Shown here: in pieces, positions 49,904 to 58,580 of the stretch
How the letters are laid out: each line of letters opens with the position of its first letter
Position numbering within the stretch: the first letter of the stretch is position 1
Assembly: GCA_963662545.2 (NCBI GenBank)
Contig: CAXXLL010000003.1
Location: forward strand, 2,848,001-2,912,000
Direction: 5' to 3'
Length of the DNA stretch: 64,000 nucleotides
Source: Gammaproteobacteria bacterium
GTDB taxonomy: Bacteria; Pseudomonadota; Gammaproteobacteria; Ga0077536
Notes under the pieces: model-generated
Seen by the model: the letters and a program-made list of their open reading frames with translations, nothing else
The model's database searches: none
Told to the model about the DNA's origin: nothing
Position numbers and translations under genes: made by a program

Positions 49904-50917
49904 TCAGAACTCAGCCGCGGTCGGCGGCAATTCGCCGGAGCCATAACGTTCTTCGAGGCCGGGGGCCATGTTTTCCCACACCAGGAGCATCGAGCGTTTC
50001 GGCGAAAAGCCGCGATGCCGAATGTCGGCGGGCATCGCAGAGACGTCGCCGGCTTTCATGGTTACCACGGCGCGCGGTGCCCCGGTCTCCTTGTCGCCGA
50101 CTTCCCAGGTGATCTGGTCGGACAACTGGATGAACCACTCGACGCGATCGTTGCCGTGTTGGATCGGAAGAATATGCTCCTCCGAGGTTGGACAATAGGC
50201 ACTCTCGCCGACGCAGGACACGATGGATGGATTCCAGGTCACGGGCGAGCGCGCGAGATAATCGAACAAGCTGAATGCCGACAACTGCCCTTCGAACCCG
50301 GGCTCGGCGTGCACTTCCGGCGCGTCCTGCACGACGTCTCGAAAGTGGCGGTTGACGGGGAATCCCCGTTCGTCGGTACGAATTTCCGTATCGCCGGGCA
50401 GGCCAACGAAGCGTTCGGCGAGTTCACGCTGGAAATTGACGGCCTCATCGTTGTTGCCGTTTTTGGATCCATAAGGCGTTCCGGTTTCCAGCGGCGCAGC
50501 AAAGGGATCGTAGCCCTCGTTAGTCCAATCAGAGAGCAACGATTTGAAACAGGCCAGGAGTTTCGCCGCATCGAACCGTTCGACAAAGTCGGTGCCCGCC
50601 GTCTTGTAACCGGCGTTGTACGTACCGACGAAGACATCGACCGAGCCATAGCGGTTGACCGTGCCGAAGATGTCGTCGAAGTTGACCCATCCGTAGAAAA
50701 ACCCCCAAGCGACGTCACGCATCATCGATCGCAAGAAGTTCCCGACGTCCGCGATGTAGGTTCCTTTCGGGTAGCTGACACGGACGAAATATTCATCGCG
50801 TTCGAATTTGAAACGGCCGATTTCATACACGTGGTAGCCATAGCGTTCATCGAGGACGGCTTTGTGGTCGTCATCGATAATCGGTGTTTCAGTCGGGTGT
50901 TTGGTTGCCGTTGCCAT
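49904..50917 (-). CDS. hapD: Two-subunit (type II) hydroquinone 1,2-dioxygenase, large catalytic subunit
   Basis: RDVAWGFFYGWVNFD, WTNEGYDPFAAP, CPT.EE.ILPIQHGNDRVEWF, MPADIRH.G. Confidence 0.9.
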   Translation of the reverse strand: MATATKHPTETPIIDDDHKAVLDERYGYHVYEIGRFKFERDEYFVRVSYPKGTYIADVGNFLRSMMRDVAWGFFYGWVNFDDIFGTVNRYGSVDVFVGTYNAGYKTAGTDFVERFDAAKLLACFKSLLSDWTNEGYDPFAAPLETGTPYGSKNGNNDEAVNFQRELAERFVGLPGDTEIRTDERGFPVNRHFRDVVQDAPEVHAEPGFEGQLSAFSLFDYLARSPVTWNPSIVSCVGESAYCPTSEEHILPIQHGNDRVEWFIQLSDQITWEVGDKETGAPRAVVTMKAGDVSAMPADIRHRGFSPKRSMLLVWENMAPGLEERYGSGELPPTAAEF

Positions 50918-50955
50918 GAGTGATATCTCCGGGGGCGGTGTACGTGCTTTTCGAT

Positions 50956-51456
50956 TCAGTGCTGGCAAATCTCGGCCCAGCGTTCGATGGATTCTTCGCC
51001 TTCGATCGATTGCAGGAGCACGACACCTAGCGATTGCGGCCTGATCTGGTAGGCGGCGCCGGCGGGGAGCAAGGCCATGTGGCCGCGTCCCATTTTTACG
51101 TGGCTCATGATTCTGCCCGCGGGTTCGACGTCGAGTCTGCGCGCGCCCTGTTTGTCCTCGGGAGGCTTGAGGTCGCTGTCGTCTGGCGCGATGAAGTAAA
51201 CCGTCATCTCACCCTGCATCGCCAGTATGGTTTCGTCGTGTGAACAGATATACCAGGGCGAATCCCCCTCGGCGTGCGCGCATTCGATCGTGAATTCGAG
51301 GTTCTTGGCAACGACGACCCTCTCCCAGGGCCTGGATCGTCCAGCGACCTCGAAAAGGTTCGAGAAGAGATATCTTTTCGGCGATTCCGCGCCGACGATC
51401 TCGACGCCGCCTTTCTCATACGCCTCGATCGAGGCGAAGTGTGTAGCGGTGGCCAT
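50956..51456 (-). CDS. hapC: Two-subunit hydroquinone 1,2-dioxygenase, small subunit
   Basis: Y.KGGVEI, FSN.FEVA..PWE.V.VAKN, HDE, GHMALLP, WAEIC. Confidence 0.9.
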   Translation of the reverse strand: MATATHFASIEAYEKGGVEIVGAESPKRYLFSNLFEVAGRSRPWERVVVAKNLEFTIECAHAEGDSPWYICSHDETILAMQGEMTVYFIAPDDSDLKPPEDKQGARRLDVEPAGRIMSHVKMGRGHMALLPAGAAYQIRPQSLGVVLLQSIEGEESIERWAEICQH

Positions 51457-51665
51457 CTGCCTGCCTCCTCGCATGAATTCAGGACCGTTCACGGTACGGC
51501 GGGCGTTCTTCGCGCACGCTCTGTACGGTTTCTAGAATAGCCTAAAGTGGCTTGCTGTCGGAAATACGACAAGTCCGGCTCGAAATACCGGTTCTCAGCC
51601 ACCCGCTTGTCGAGGTCCGAATGTCGCGGATCCGGGATCACGCACAAGTTTTGGCTACAAGCGGG

Positions 51666-51971
51666 CTAGCGCTCCGTCCACGGCGATAGCGGCTCGATCA
51701 AAACGTCGGAATCCGGACTCACCGAGCAAAGCAGAACGCATCCGTCCTTCCTGTCGGCTACGCTGCCGAGCGCGTTTTTTGACGGACGACGGGTCGGTTG
51801 CACCGATCCTTCGAGTACCCGGGCTCGGCAAATAGTGCAGCGGCCCTGCCGGCAGCCTGTGGTCAGTTCATACCCTGCATTCGATGCCGCCTGGGCGATC
51901 GAACGGCCGGCCTCGCAAGTGAATTCGGCGATCGCGCCGTCGGCGCTTTGCAGAATGATGCGATAGGCCAT
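51666..51971 (-). CDS. Plant-type 2Fe-2S ferredoxin
   Basis: CRQGRCTIC...LLC. Confidence 0.85.
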   Translation of the reverse strand: MAYRIILQSADGAIAEFTCEAGRSIAQAASNAGYELTTGCRQGRCTICRARVLEGSVQPTRRPSKNALGSVADRKDGCVLLCSVSPDSDVLIEPLSPWTER

Positions 51972-52000
51972 TTGGAATTATTCGACTTCGAAGATCCTAC

Positions 52001-52633
52001 TTATAGGGGCATCGGGATGTCGGCCGGGTTGGGTACGATGAAACCGCGCTTTACAGCAGGGCGCTCTGCGATTTGCCTGTACCACCTCAGTGCATTCGGA
52101 TAGTCCTTGAAATCGACACCCTGCCATTCGAAGCGCGAAATCCATGGCCACGTCGCCACATCGGCTATGGTGTATTCGCCGCCGGCAAGATATTCGTTTT
52201 CACCGAGACGTCGATCCAGTACACCGTAGAGCCGCTTTGCTTCATTGCCGTAACGTTGCGCGGCGTAATCGGATTTACCCGGATTAAAATGCACGAAGTG
52301 ATGCGCCTGACCCAGCATGGGTCCGACGCCGCCCATCTGCCACATGAGCCACTCGATCGTGCGCCAGTATTCGTCACCGCCGATCGGCAGAAATTGTCCC
52401 GCTTCACGCGCAAGGTAGAGCAGGATCGCGCCGGATTCCATGAGCGCCAGGCCTGCTTCGTTATCGACCATGGCAGGAATCTTGTTGTTAGGGCTGATCT
52501 TGAGAAATTCGGGTCCGAACTGTTCGTCCTTGGTTATATTGATCGCATGTACGTCATACGCCAATCCGAGCTCTTCGAGCATGATGGAGACTTTACGCCC
52601 GTTGGGCGTCGACCAGGTGTATAAATCGATCAT
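52001..52633 (-). CDS. Glutathione S-transferase, YfcG type
   Basis: MIDLYTWSTPNGRK, SPNNKIPA, ESGAIL, WQMGGVGPM.GQ. Confidence 0.92.
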   Translation of the reverse strand: MIDLYTWSTPNGRKVSIMLEELGLAYDVHAINITKDEQFGPEFLKISPNNKIPAMVDNEAGLALMESGAILLYLAREAGQFLPIGGDEYWRTIEWLMWQMGGVGPMLGQAHHFVHFNPGKSDYAAQRYGNEAKRLYGVLDRRLGENEYLAGGEYTIADVATWPWISRFEWQGVDFKDYPNALRWYRQIAERPAVKRGFIVPNPADIPMPL

Positions 52634-52712
52634 GAATGACTCCGGGCGGGTAAAACCATGGCATTGCTAGGCCGCAAAATGCCGGACGAGCGAATCGGTA
52701 GCGGCGGCTGAA

Positions 52713-53771
52713 TCAAGCCGGTCGTGTTCCCGCGTACGCATTGTGCAATAGCTCGATGACGCCGTCGCGCGTAACTGGCGCCGGGTTTTCGACGGCTGTC
52801 TCGGTCGCGATGTCGGCAATCCTTACCAGATCTTCTTCTCCGATACCGATATCACGAAGCGAAGTTGGCAGGCCCATGCCGGAAGAGAGGTCGTGTATCC
52901 CCTGTGCGGCGTCGTCGACGCCGAGGGCCTCGGCGATGTGCGCCATGAGATCGGGCACAGCCGGCGCGGCGTAGGCGACCGAATAGGGCAGTAATATGGT
53001 GTGCGTTTCCGCGTGCGGTGCGTTGAAACTGCCACCGAGCGTGTGACACAAGCGGTGATGCAGACTGGTTACGCCGGCCCCGAGCGCGGCGCCCGCAAGT
53101 GAAGCGCCGTAGAGCACCTGTTCGCGTGCGTCGAGATTTTCGGGTTCCCTTACGACCGTCGGCAGGTACGCTGCGATCGCGCGAATGGCTTCCAGGGCCA
53201 TCGACATCATCACCGGATTTGTACGCCGGTCCTTGGCATTGATCGTTGCCTGGGCGAGTGCATTCATACCGCTCGGGCCGGCAATTCCTGGAGGTAATCC
53301 TAAGGTGAGTTCGGCATCGTATAGCGTCAGCTTGGGCAGGACTCGGAGATCGCGCCCGGTTTTTTTGCGGCCGTCTTCGGTCATGCCCCAGATATTAGTC
53401 ATTTCAGATCCGGCGTAAGTAGTCGGTATGGCAACCAGTGGAATGCCCGGATTCAGCGCGAGGGCCTTGCCCAGGCCCGTCGTCGAGCCACCCCCGATCG
53501 AGACCGAGCAATCGGCATTACAGTCCCGTGCGGCTTGCGCCGCTTTGGCAGCGATTTCGACCGGGACGTGCATTCGCGCTTCGGCGAAAATGCCGGCTGC
53601 CCGACCGCCCAGCAGTTTCGCGATTCGCTTGGCATCGCGTTCCTGTTCGGGGGTGGACAGCACCAATGCGCGTGCGAAACCCAGCAACTCCAGTTCGTCC
53701 GGTAGTGACGCCAACTTGCCGGCGCCGAACACGACGTTCCACGGCAAGGTCTGGAGTCTGAATTCTTTCAT
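52713..53771 (-). CDS. Maleylacetate reductase (iron-containing ADH family)
   Basis: LSTPEQ, MHVP, GGGSTTGLGKA, PTTYAGSEMT, HHRLCHTLGG, PHAETH. Confidence 0.92.
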   Translation of the reverse strand: MKEFRLQTLPWNVVFGAGKLASLPDELELLGFARALVLSTPEQERDAKRIAKLLGGRAAGIFAEARMHVPVEIAAKAAQAARDCNADCSVSIGGGSTTGLGKALALNPGIPLVAIPTTYAGSEMTNIWGMTEDGRKKTGRDLRVLPKLTLYDAELTLGLPPGIAGPSGMNALAQATINAKDRRTNPVMMSMALEAIRAIAAYLPTVVREPENLDAREQVLYGASLAGAALGAGVTSLHHRLCHTLGGSFNAPHAETHTILLPYSVAYAAPAVPDLMAHIAEALGVDDAAQGIHDLSSGMGLPTSLRDIGIGEEDLVRIADIATETAVENPAPVTRDGVIELLHNAYAGTRPA

Positions 53772-53948
53772 TGTGGCTTCTCCGAGGCGATGAGTCGCTT
53801 ATCGGCGCACCATACCAACTAACGTCTTGTTCGTCGTGAAAAAACAAGGGGGAGTTCGTGGCGGCGCGAGCGATCACAAAACACTGCTACGAAATAGGAG
53901 ACGGAGATCATTTCGCCCTTAAACGGGCAATTTACATCATGTAAACAC

Positions 53949-55499
53949 CTAAACTGTTTCGACGTCCTGCTTACGCACGTATTCCGGCAGGGGAGTTTTC
54001 TTCTCACTCATCTTTTTCTCCTCGATAGCCTTGGCGATGATGTCGCTGTCGTCTCCGAGGCCGCAGACCTGCCGGGCCAGTTCGACCAAGGGTCCGTCGA
54101 GAGAAAATTCGACGCGGTTCATGGTCAGGAGCTTGATTAAGAACAGCGGCGTCCCGTTGAACTTCTCGAAGGCTTCCTTGCGCGCGCCGCCTTCGGAGAA
54201 AAAGCGGTCGCGGATAACCTTGACGATCTTCATGCGATCACGCGCACTGATGCTTTTACCGCGGAGGGCGTCAGCGAGGTGCGGACCTATATAGGAATCG
54301 TCCAGATCACCTTCGGTCGGCTGCATCATGATGCTGCGGCCGCAAAGGTCTGACAGCACGTCGATATGCTTACCGACGTTCTCGATGTAGAAAGCGCGGC
54401 CCAGATCGATGAAGATGTTGTTCGGCTTGTACAATCCGCTCGGCGTGACGTTTCCGGTATCTTCGGCGGCGATGGTGAACGCCCGCACGGTCTCGCGAAA
54501 GCGGATGATGTCGGCGATCTGTGACATCACTACGGGATGCTTGTCGGTCCCGAGCGATGAGGTTACGAGCATCGCTAGCCCTACCATCAGTTCCGCGTTA
54601 ATGACGTGGCGGTTCTGCGTTTCGATGTGCACCCAGTCGAAAACGCGCTGGGGATAGTATTGCGCGTGTTCGATATTGCCGAGATGAAAGATGTACTTCC
54701 ACGGAATGACGACGTCATCGAAGAAAGCCATCGATTCGAGTTCGTCGCCGTGGCGTGACAGGGGATAATCGAAATCAGGGGCGTCGGGCCGCGCAAACGA
54801 ATCGCGCGCGACGTGGGTAACGCCCGGCATGTTTGCTGGAACACGGCAAAAAATGACCTGGTCGGGCTGCGTTCCTACATTCCACAGGATCCCAACGTTG
54901 ATCCAGTTGGAGAACACGGTGCCGGTGCCGACCGCCTTCCAGCCGCGCACCAGGATGCCGTCGTCGCGCTCCTCGATCATGCGGAGCATCGGAATATCGG
55001 CGTGATCGGTGCCAGAGCGGTCGAATTGAATGTCGATGAACATCGGCGCCGCCGCCAAATCGCCATCCTTTAATTCCGCCCACGCGCGACGAATATTGTC
55101 GGCCATGGGTTGGCCCTTGCCGAACACGGTTTGCGCTTCCCATGGCTCGGGATCGTCGACCAGCAGCATCATGACGGTGTTGTTGCTGCACGGCAGCCTC
55201 GACCATTGTCCGCCGCGGAAATGCCGAAAAATGTAGTCGAAGTACTCACGGCGCTCGACCGCCTGTTCCTTGTTTTTCGGCATCATCCAGTGTTTGGCGC
55301 GCCTGACGCCGTCTTCATCGATGTAGGTCAGGTGTTCCTGGTGTTCGGGATCGAGATGCAGGTCGTAGAATTCGGCGACCTGGCTGGCGTATCCGCTGGT
55401 TTTCGGATGGGTCGTTATATCCTCGATGAGTTCACCACCGCACATGACCCGCCGGCCGTCGCGCAAGGATTGGAGGTACTGTTCACCAGTTCGCATCAT
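53949..55499 (-). CDS. FADH2-dependent phenol 4-monooxygenase, TcpA/TftD/HadA/NpdA-like oxygenase
   Basis: MRTG.QYL.SL.DGR, DDP.PWE.Q, YPQRVFDWVH, YKPN..D.GRA, FE.FNGTP. Confidence 0.88.
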   Translation of the reverse strand: MMRTGEQYLQSLRDGRRVMCGGELIEDITTHPKTSGYASQVAEFYDLHLDPEHQEHLTYIDEDGVRRAKHWMMPKNKEQAVERREYFDYIFRHFRGGQWSRLPCSNNTVMMLLVDDPEPWEAQTVFGKGQPMADNIRRAWAELKDGDLAAAPMFIDIQFDRSGTDHADIPMLRMIEERDDGILVRGWKAVGTGTVFSNWINVGILWNVGTQPDQVIFCRVPANMPGVTHVARDSFARPDAPDFDYPLSRHGDELESMAFFDDVVIPWKYIFHLGNIEHAQYYPQRVFDWVHIETQNRHVINAELMVGLAMLVTSSLGTDKHPVVMSQIADIIRFRETVRAFTIAAEDTGNVTPSGLYKPNNIFIDLGRAFYIENVGKHIDVLSDLCGRSIMMQPTEGDLDDSYIGPHLADALRGKSISARDRMKIVKVIRDRFFSEGGARKEAFEKFNGTPLFLIKLLTMNRVEFSLDGPLVELARQVCGLGDDSDIIAKAIEEKKMSEKKTPLPEYVRKQDVETV

Positions 55500-55764
55500 G
55501 ATCGTCGCCTCCTCAAGCTGAATTCTTGTAATACGGGCATGGAAGTACTGGCACTTTATCGCGTACGACTATAACGGCACCAGTCTCGACGTGGTCTGGA
55601 AAAGCGCCGCTTGTTCGAAAAACCTAGGTTAGGAGTATTTCGGCGACGTCGTCGTTCAATGCGGCCTTGAGCAGACGCGGCTTGCACGAAAATCATTGAG
55701 TTACCGTTCCGGGAGGCGCATCCTGAGAGGTTCGCGCATTCCCCCAACGTCGAGGAGAAAGCCC

Positions 55765-56730
55765 ATGAGCACCGCTACACCTGGGAATTACATCAAGAGG
55801 CACCACCACATCACGACTGCGACCGGCGGGGCGCAGGAAGATTACGATTTCCACACCAAGATTCTGGGCCTGAAAAGCGTCAAAAAAACCGCCTTCTACG
55901 ACGGACCCGCGCCGATATATCACCTTTATTACGGTAACGATACGGGGGAGGAAAGCTCGCTTTTGACGAGCTTTCCAATGGCGCATACGGGTGTGAAGGG
56001 GCGCAAGGGCTCGGGTCAGGTTTCCTATGTGAGCTTGTCCATTCCTTCGGCGGCATTAGATTTCTGGCGCGATCGGTTGACCGATCACGGCTTTGAGGTG
56101 AAGGATAACGAGCGTTTCGGTGAGAAGTATCTCGACTTTCAACATCCCTGCGGTGTCGAATATGCCCTGGTCGCGAACGACGAGGACGACCGCAAGCCGC
56201 ATACGGGTGGACCTGTAGCGCCGGAGCTGATGATCCGGGGCACTTATTCGATCGGTGTATCCATGCGCGATGCCGAATTCATGGAAGAATTCATGCAGAT
56301 CGGTTGGGGTGGCACCCGCGTCGCCGATGACGGGAATCTCATCCGCTATGAAGTAGGCGAAGGCGGTGCCGGTGCGATCATCGATTTTGAAGTCGAGCCC
56401 GACCGCAAACCTGGCACCTGGATCGTCGGCGAAGGCGCGATACACCACATGGCATTTCAGGTCGACAATCACGAGCAGCAGAACGAGTTGAAGTTTCACC
56501 TGGAAGGCCTGGGCTATACGGACGTATCGGACGTCAAGGACCGCGGCTACTTTGATTCGATTTACGTTCGCACGCCGTCCGGCGCGATGTTCGAAGCCAC
56601 CGTCTCCCACGACGACGGCTTCACCTGCGACGAACCCGCCGACAAACTCGGTCTCGAAGTGATGATCGCGCCGCAGCTCAAGGTGAGCAAGGAAGAATTG
56701 ATGGCGCAGATTGGCTATTTAAAGGACTGA
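55765..56730 (+). CDS. pcpA: PcpA/LinE-type (type I) hydroquinone ring-cleaving dioxygenase
   Basis: HHIT, FYDG..PIYHLY, GRKGS.Q, HH.AF, DRGYF.S.YVRTP.G.MFEAT; RBS GAGGAG before ATG 55765. Confidence 0.85.
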   Translation: MSTATPGNYIKRHHHITTATGGAQEDYDFHTKILGLKSVKKTAFYDGPAPIYHLYYGNDTGEESSLLTSFPMAHTGVKGRKGSGQVSYVSLSIPSAALDFWRDRLTDHGFEVKDNERFGEKYLDFQHPCGVEYALVANDEDDRKPHTGGPVAPELMIRGTYSIGVSMRDAEFMEEFMQIGWGGTRVADDGNLIRYEVGEGGAGAIIDFEVEPDRKPGTWIVGEGAIHHMAFQVDNHEQQNELKFHLEGLGYTDVSDVKDRGYFDSIYVRTPSGAMFEATVSHDDGFTCDEPADKLGLEVMIAPQLKVSKEELMAQIGYLKD

Positions 56731-56752
56731 TAAAACCTGGACTTTCGCAAGG

Positions 56753-56786
56753 GCGGCCGGATCGCTTAGTCCGGCCGCTTTTTTTT
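56753..56786 (+). terminator. Rho-independent terminator
   Basis: GCGGCCGGA-N8-TCCGGCCGC followed by T8. Confidence 0.88.
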
Positions 56787-56875
56787 AACATGTGTATTCG
56801 TACGTTCGATGAATTAGCGGGATCGCCCGAACCGCGGATATGTCGCGGCCGTGGCAAGCTCGCGACGGGTCTTTG

Positions 56876-57418
56876 ATGAAACTCTATCTCGTGCGCCACG
56901 GCGAAGCGGCCGCGCGGTGGTCGCAGTCGCGTGACCCGGGACTGAGCGAACGCGGCCGGCAGCAGGCTTATTCGATTTGCGGGCGCTTCCGGGGCCACGC
57001 TCCAATGAGCGTCGTTGCGAGTCCCTTGTTGCGTGCGCAGGAAACTGCGGCACCACTCGCCGCGATGTGGGGCGTCGACGTGCAGCGGGACGACGCCTAC
57101 CGGGAGTTGCCGTCGCTCGTTTCGTTCGAAGAACGCGCCGCCTGGCTTAAGCGCGTGATGCGAGGCACCTGGGATGAAGTCGACGAAGCGCTCGTGAACT
57201 GGCGCGACGACGCGTGGCGCGCCTTTACGTCGATCGACACCGATGCCGTCGTCTTCAGCCACTTCATGGTCATTAATGCGATCCTGAGCCGCCTCAACGG
57301 CGACGATCGCCTCGTGAGTTTCGAGCCCGACTACATTTCGGTAACGGCGTTCGCAAGCAGTGACGACGGGGTTGAATTGATCGAGCTCGGTAAGGCGCTC
57401 GAGACGGTCGTACTTTAA
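56876..57418 (+). CDS. Histidine phosphatase family protein
   Basis: LVRHGE, SPLLRAQETA, VFSH. Confidence 0.88.
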   Translation: MKLYLVRHGEAAARWSQSRDPGLSERGRQQAYSICGRFRGHAPMSVVASPLLRAQETAAPLAAMWGVDVQRDDAYRELPSLVSFEERAAWLKRVMRGTWDEVDEALVNWRDDAWRAFTSIDTDAVVFSHFMVINAILSRLNGDDRLVSFEPDYISVTAFASSDDGVELIELGKALETVVL

Positions 57419-57566
57419 ATTACCGTTCCGAATTGCGAGACAGACTTCAATTCACCCACAAGATTCCGAGGTGACGTATGATTTACCATCTCGTGTTGAA
57501 TTGCGAAGTAGCAGGTAAGTCAGTCTGCACGCAGACGACTTGTAGAAAATCGAAAGGAGCGATCCC

Positions 57567-58580
57567 ATGGGCGTCCAGTTCGGCATCTTCGACCACCTGG
57601 ATCAAAGGCCGGAGAAACCGGAGAAAACATACTCTGATCGCATCGAGTTCATCAAGGCGGCAGAAGCGGCGGATTTCCGGACCTATCACCTCGCAGAGCA
57701 TCATTGCACGCCGCTCGGCATGGCGCCCTCGCCCGGTATCTTCCTCGCCGCCGTGGCCCGGGAAACGTCGAAAATTCGGTTGGGACCGCTGGTCTACCTT
57801 TTACCTTTGTACAACCCGCTACGCCTGATCGAGGAAATCTGCATGCTCGATCACTTGAGCAACGGACGTTTCGAAGTCGGGGTGGGGCGCGGGATCTCGC
57901 CGATCGAGGTCGGCTTTCTGGGCGTGGACCACGAAGAAGCGCCTGTAATTTTTCGCGAGGCGCTTGAGGTAATCCAAAAAGGCCTCGCCAGCGAGCGGCT
58001 CACCCACCACGGCAAGTACTTTGATTACGAAGACGTGCCAATGGCTATGCGACCCCTGCAGGATCCGGTGCCGTTCTGGTCCGCTTCCATGTCGCCGGAG
58101 GGGCTCGATTCCGCGGCGCGTCTCGGCATGCACTGCGCCAGTCTCGGTGCCGTATCCATGGTGCGGGACGCGGTCGACGGCTATACGGCGGCGTGCCGGA
58201 AACATGGGACGGTGGCCGACGAACCGCCGCTGATGGGCATGCATCGTATCGTCGTCGTGGCGGCCACCGAAGTAGCTGCGATCGCCATCGCCCGGCCGGC
58301 CTACAGGCAATGGTTCGATAAACTGGCCAAGCTGTGGCGCGAACGTGGTATCGAGATACCGATCGTCGGTCCGATTGCGGAGTTTGACGTGGCGCAGAAG
58401 CTAGGCGCGGTAGTAGCCGGCTCGCCCGAGCAGGTTTCCGACATACTGGCTTCGCAGATCGAGGCGACCGGTGTCAATTACCTCCTCACCGAACTAAGCT
58501 TCGGCGACATGAGCCATGCCGATGAAATGACCTCGCTCGAACTGTTCGCGACGAAGGTCAAGCCCGCGCTTGAAGCTTGA
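57567..58580 (+). CDS. Luciferase-like (LLM) flavin-dependent oxidoreductase
   Basis: AEHH, IRLG..V..LP..NP.R..EE..LD.LS.GR...GVGRG. Confidence 0.9.
   Translation: MGVQFGIFDHLDQRPEKPEKTYSDRIEFIKAAEAADFRTYHLAEHHCTPLGMAPSPGIFLAAVARETSKIRLGPLVYLLPLYNPLRLIEEICMLDHLSNGRFEVGVGRGISPIEVGFLGVDHEEAPVIFREALEVIQKGLASERLTHHGKYFDYEDVPMAMRPLQDPVPFWSASMSPEGLDSAARLGMHCASLGAVSMVRDAVDGYTAACRKHGTVADEPPLMGMHRIVVVAATEVAAIAIARPAYRQWFDKLAKLWRERGIEIPIVGPIAEFDVAQKLGAVVAGSPEQVSDILASQIEATGVNYLLTELSFGDMSHADEMTSLELFATKVKPALEA

Noticed and set aside
49436-50923. 495-aa plus-strand ORF, and similar long shadow ORFs such as 33290..34249, 18917..19981 and 17783..18766
   Set aside because: They lie antisense to well-supported genes and have no motifs; expected shadows in high-GC coding DNA.
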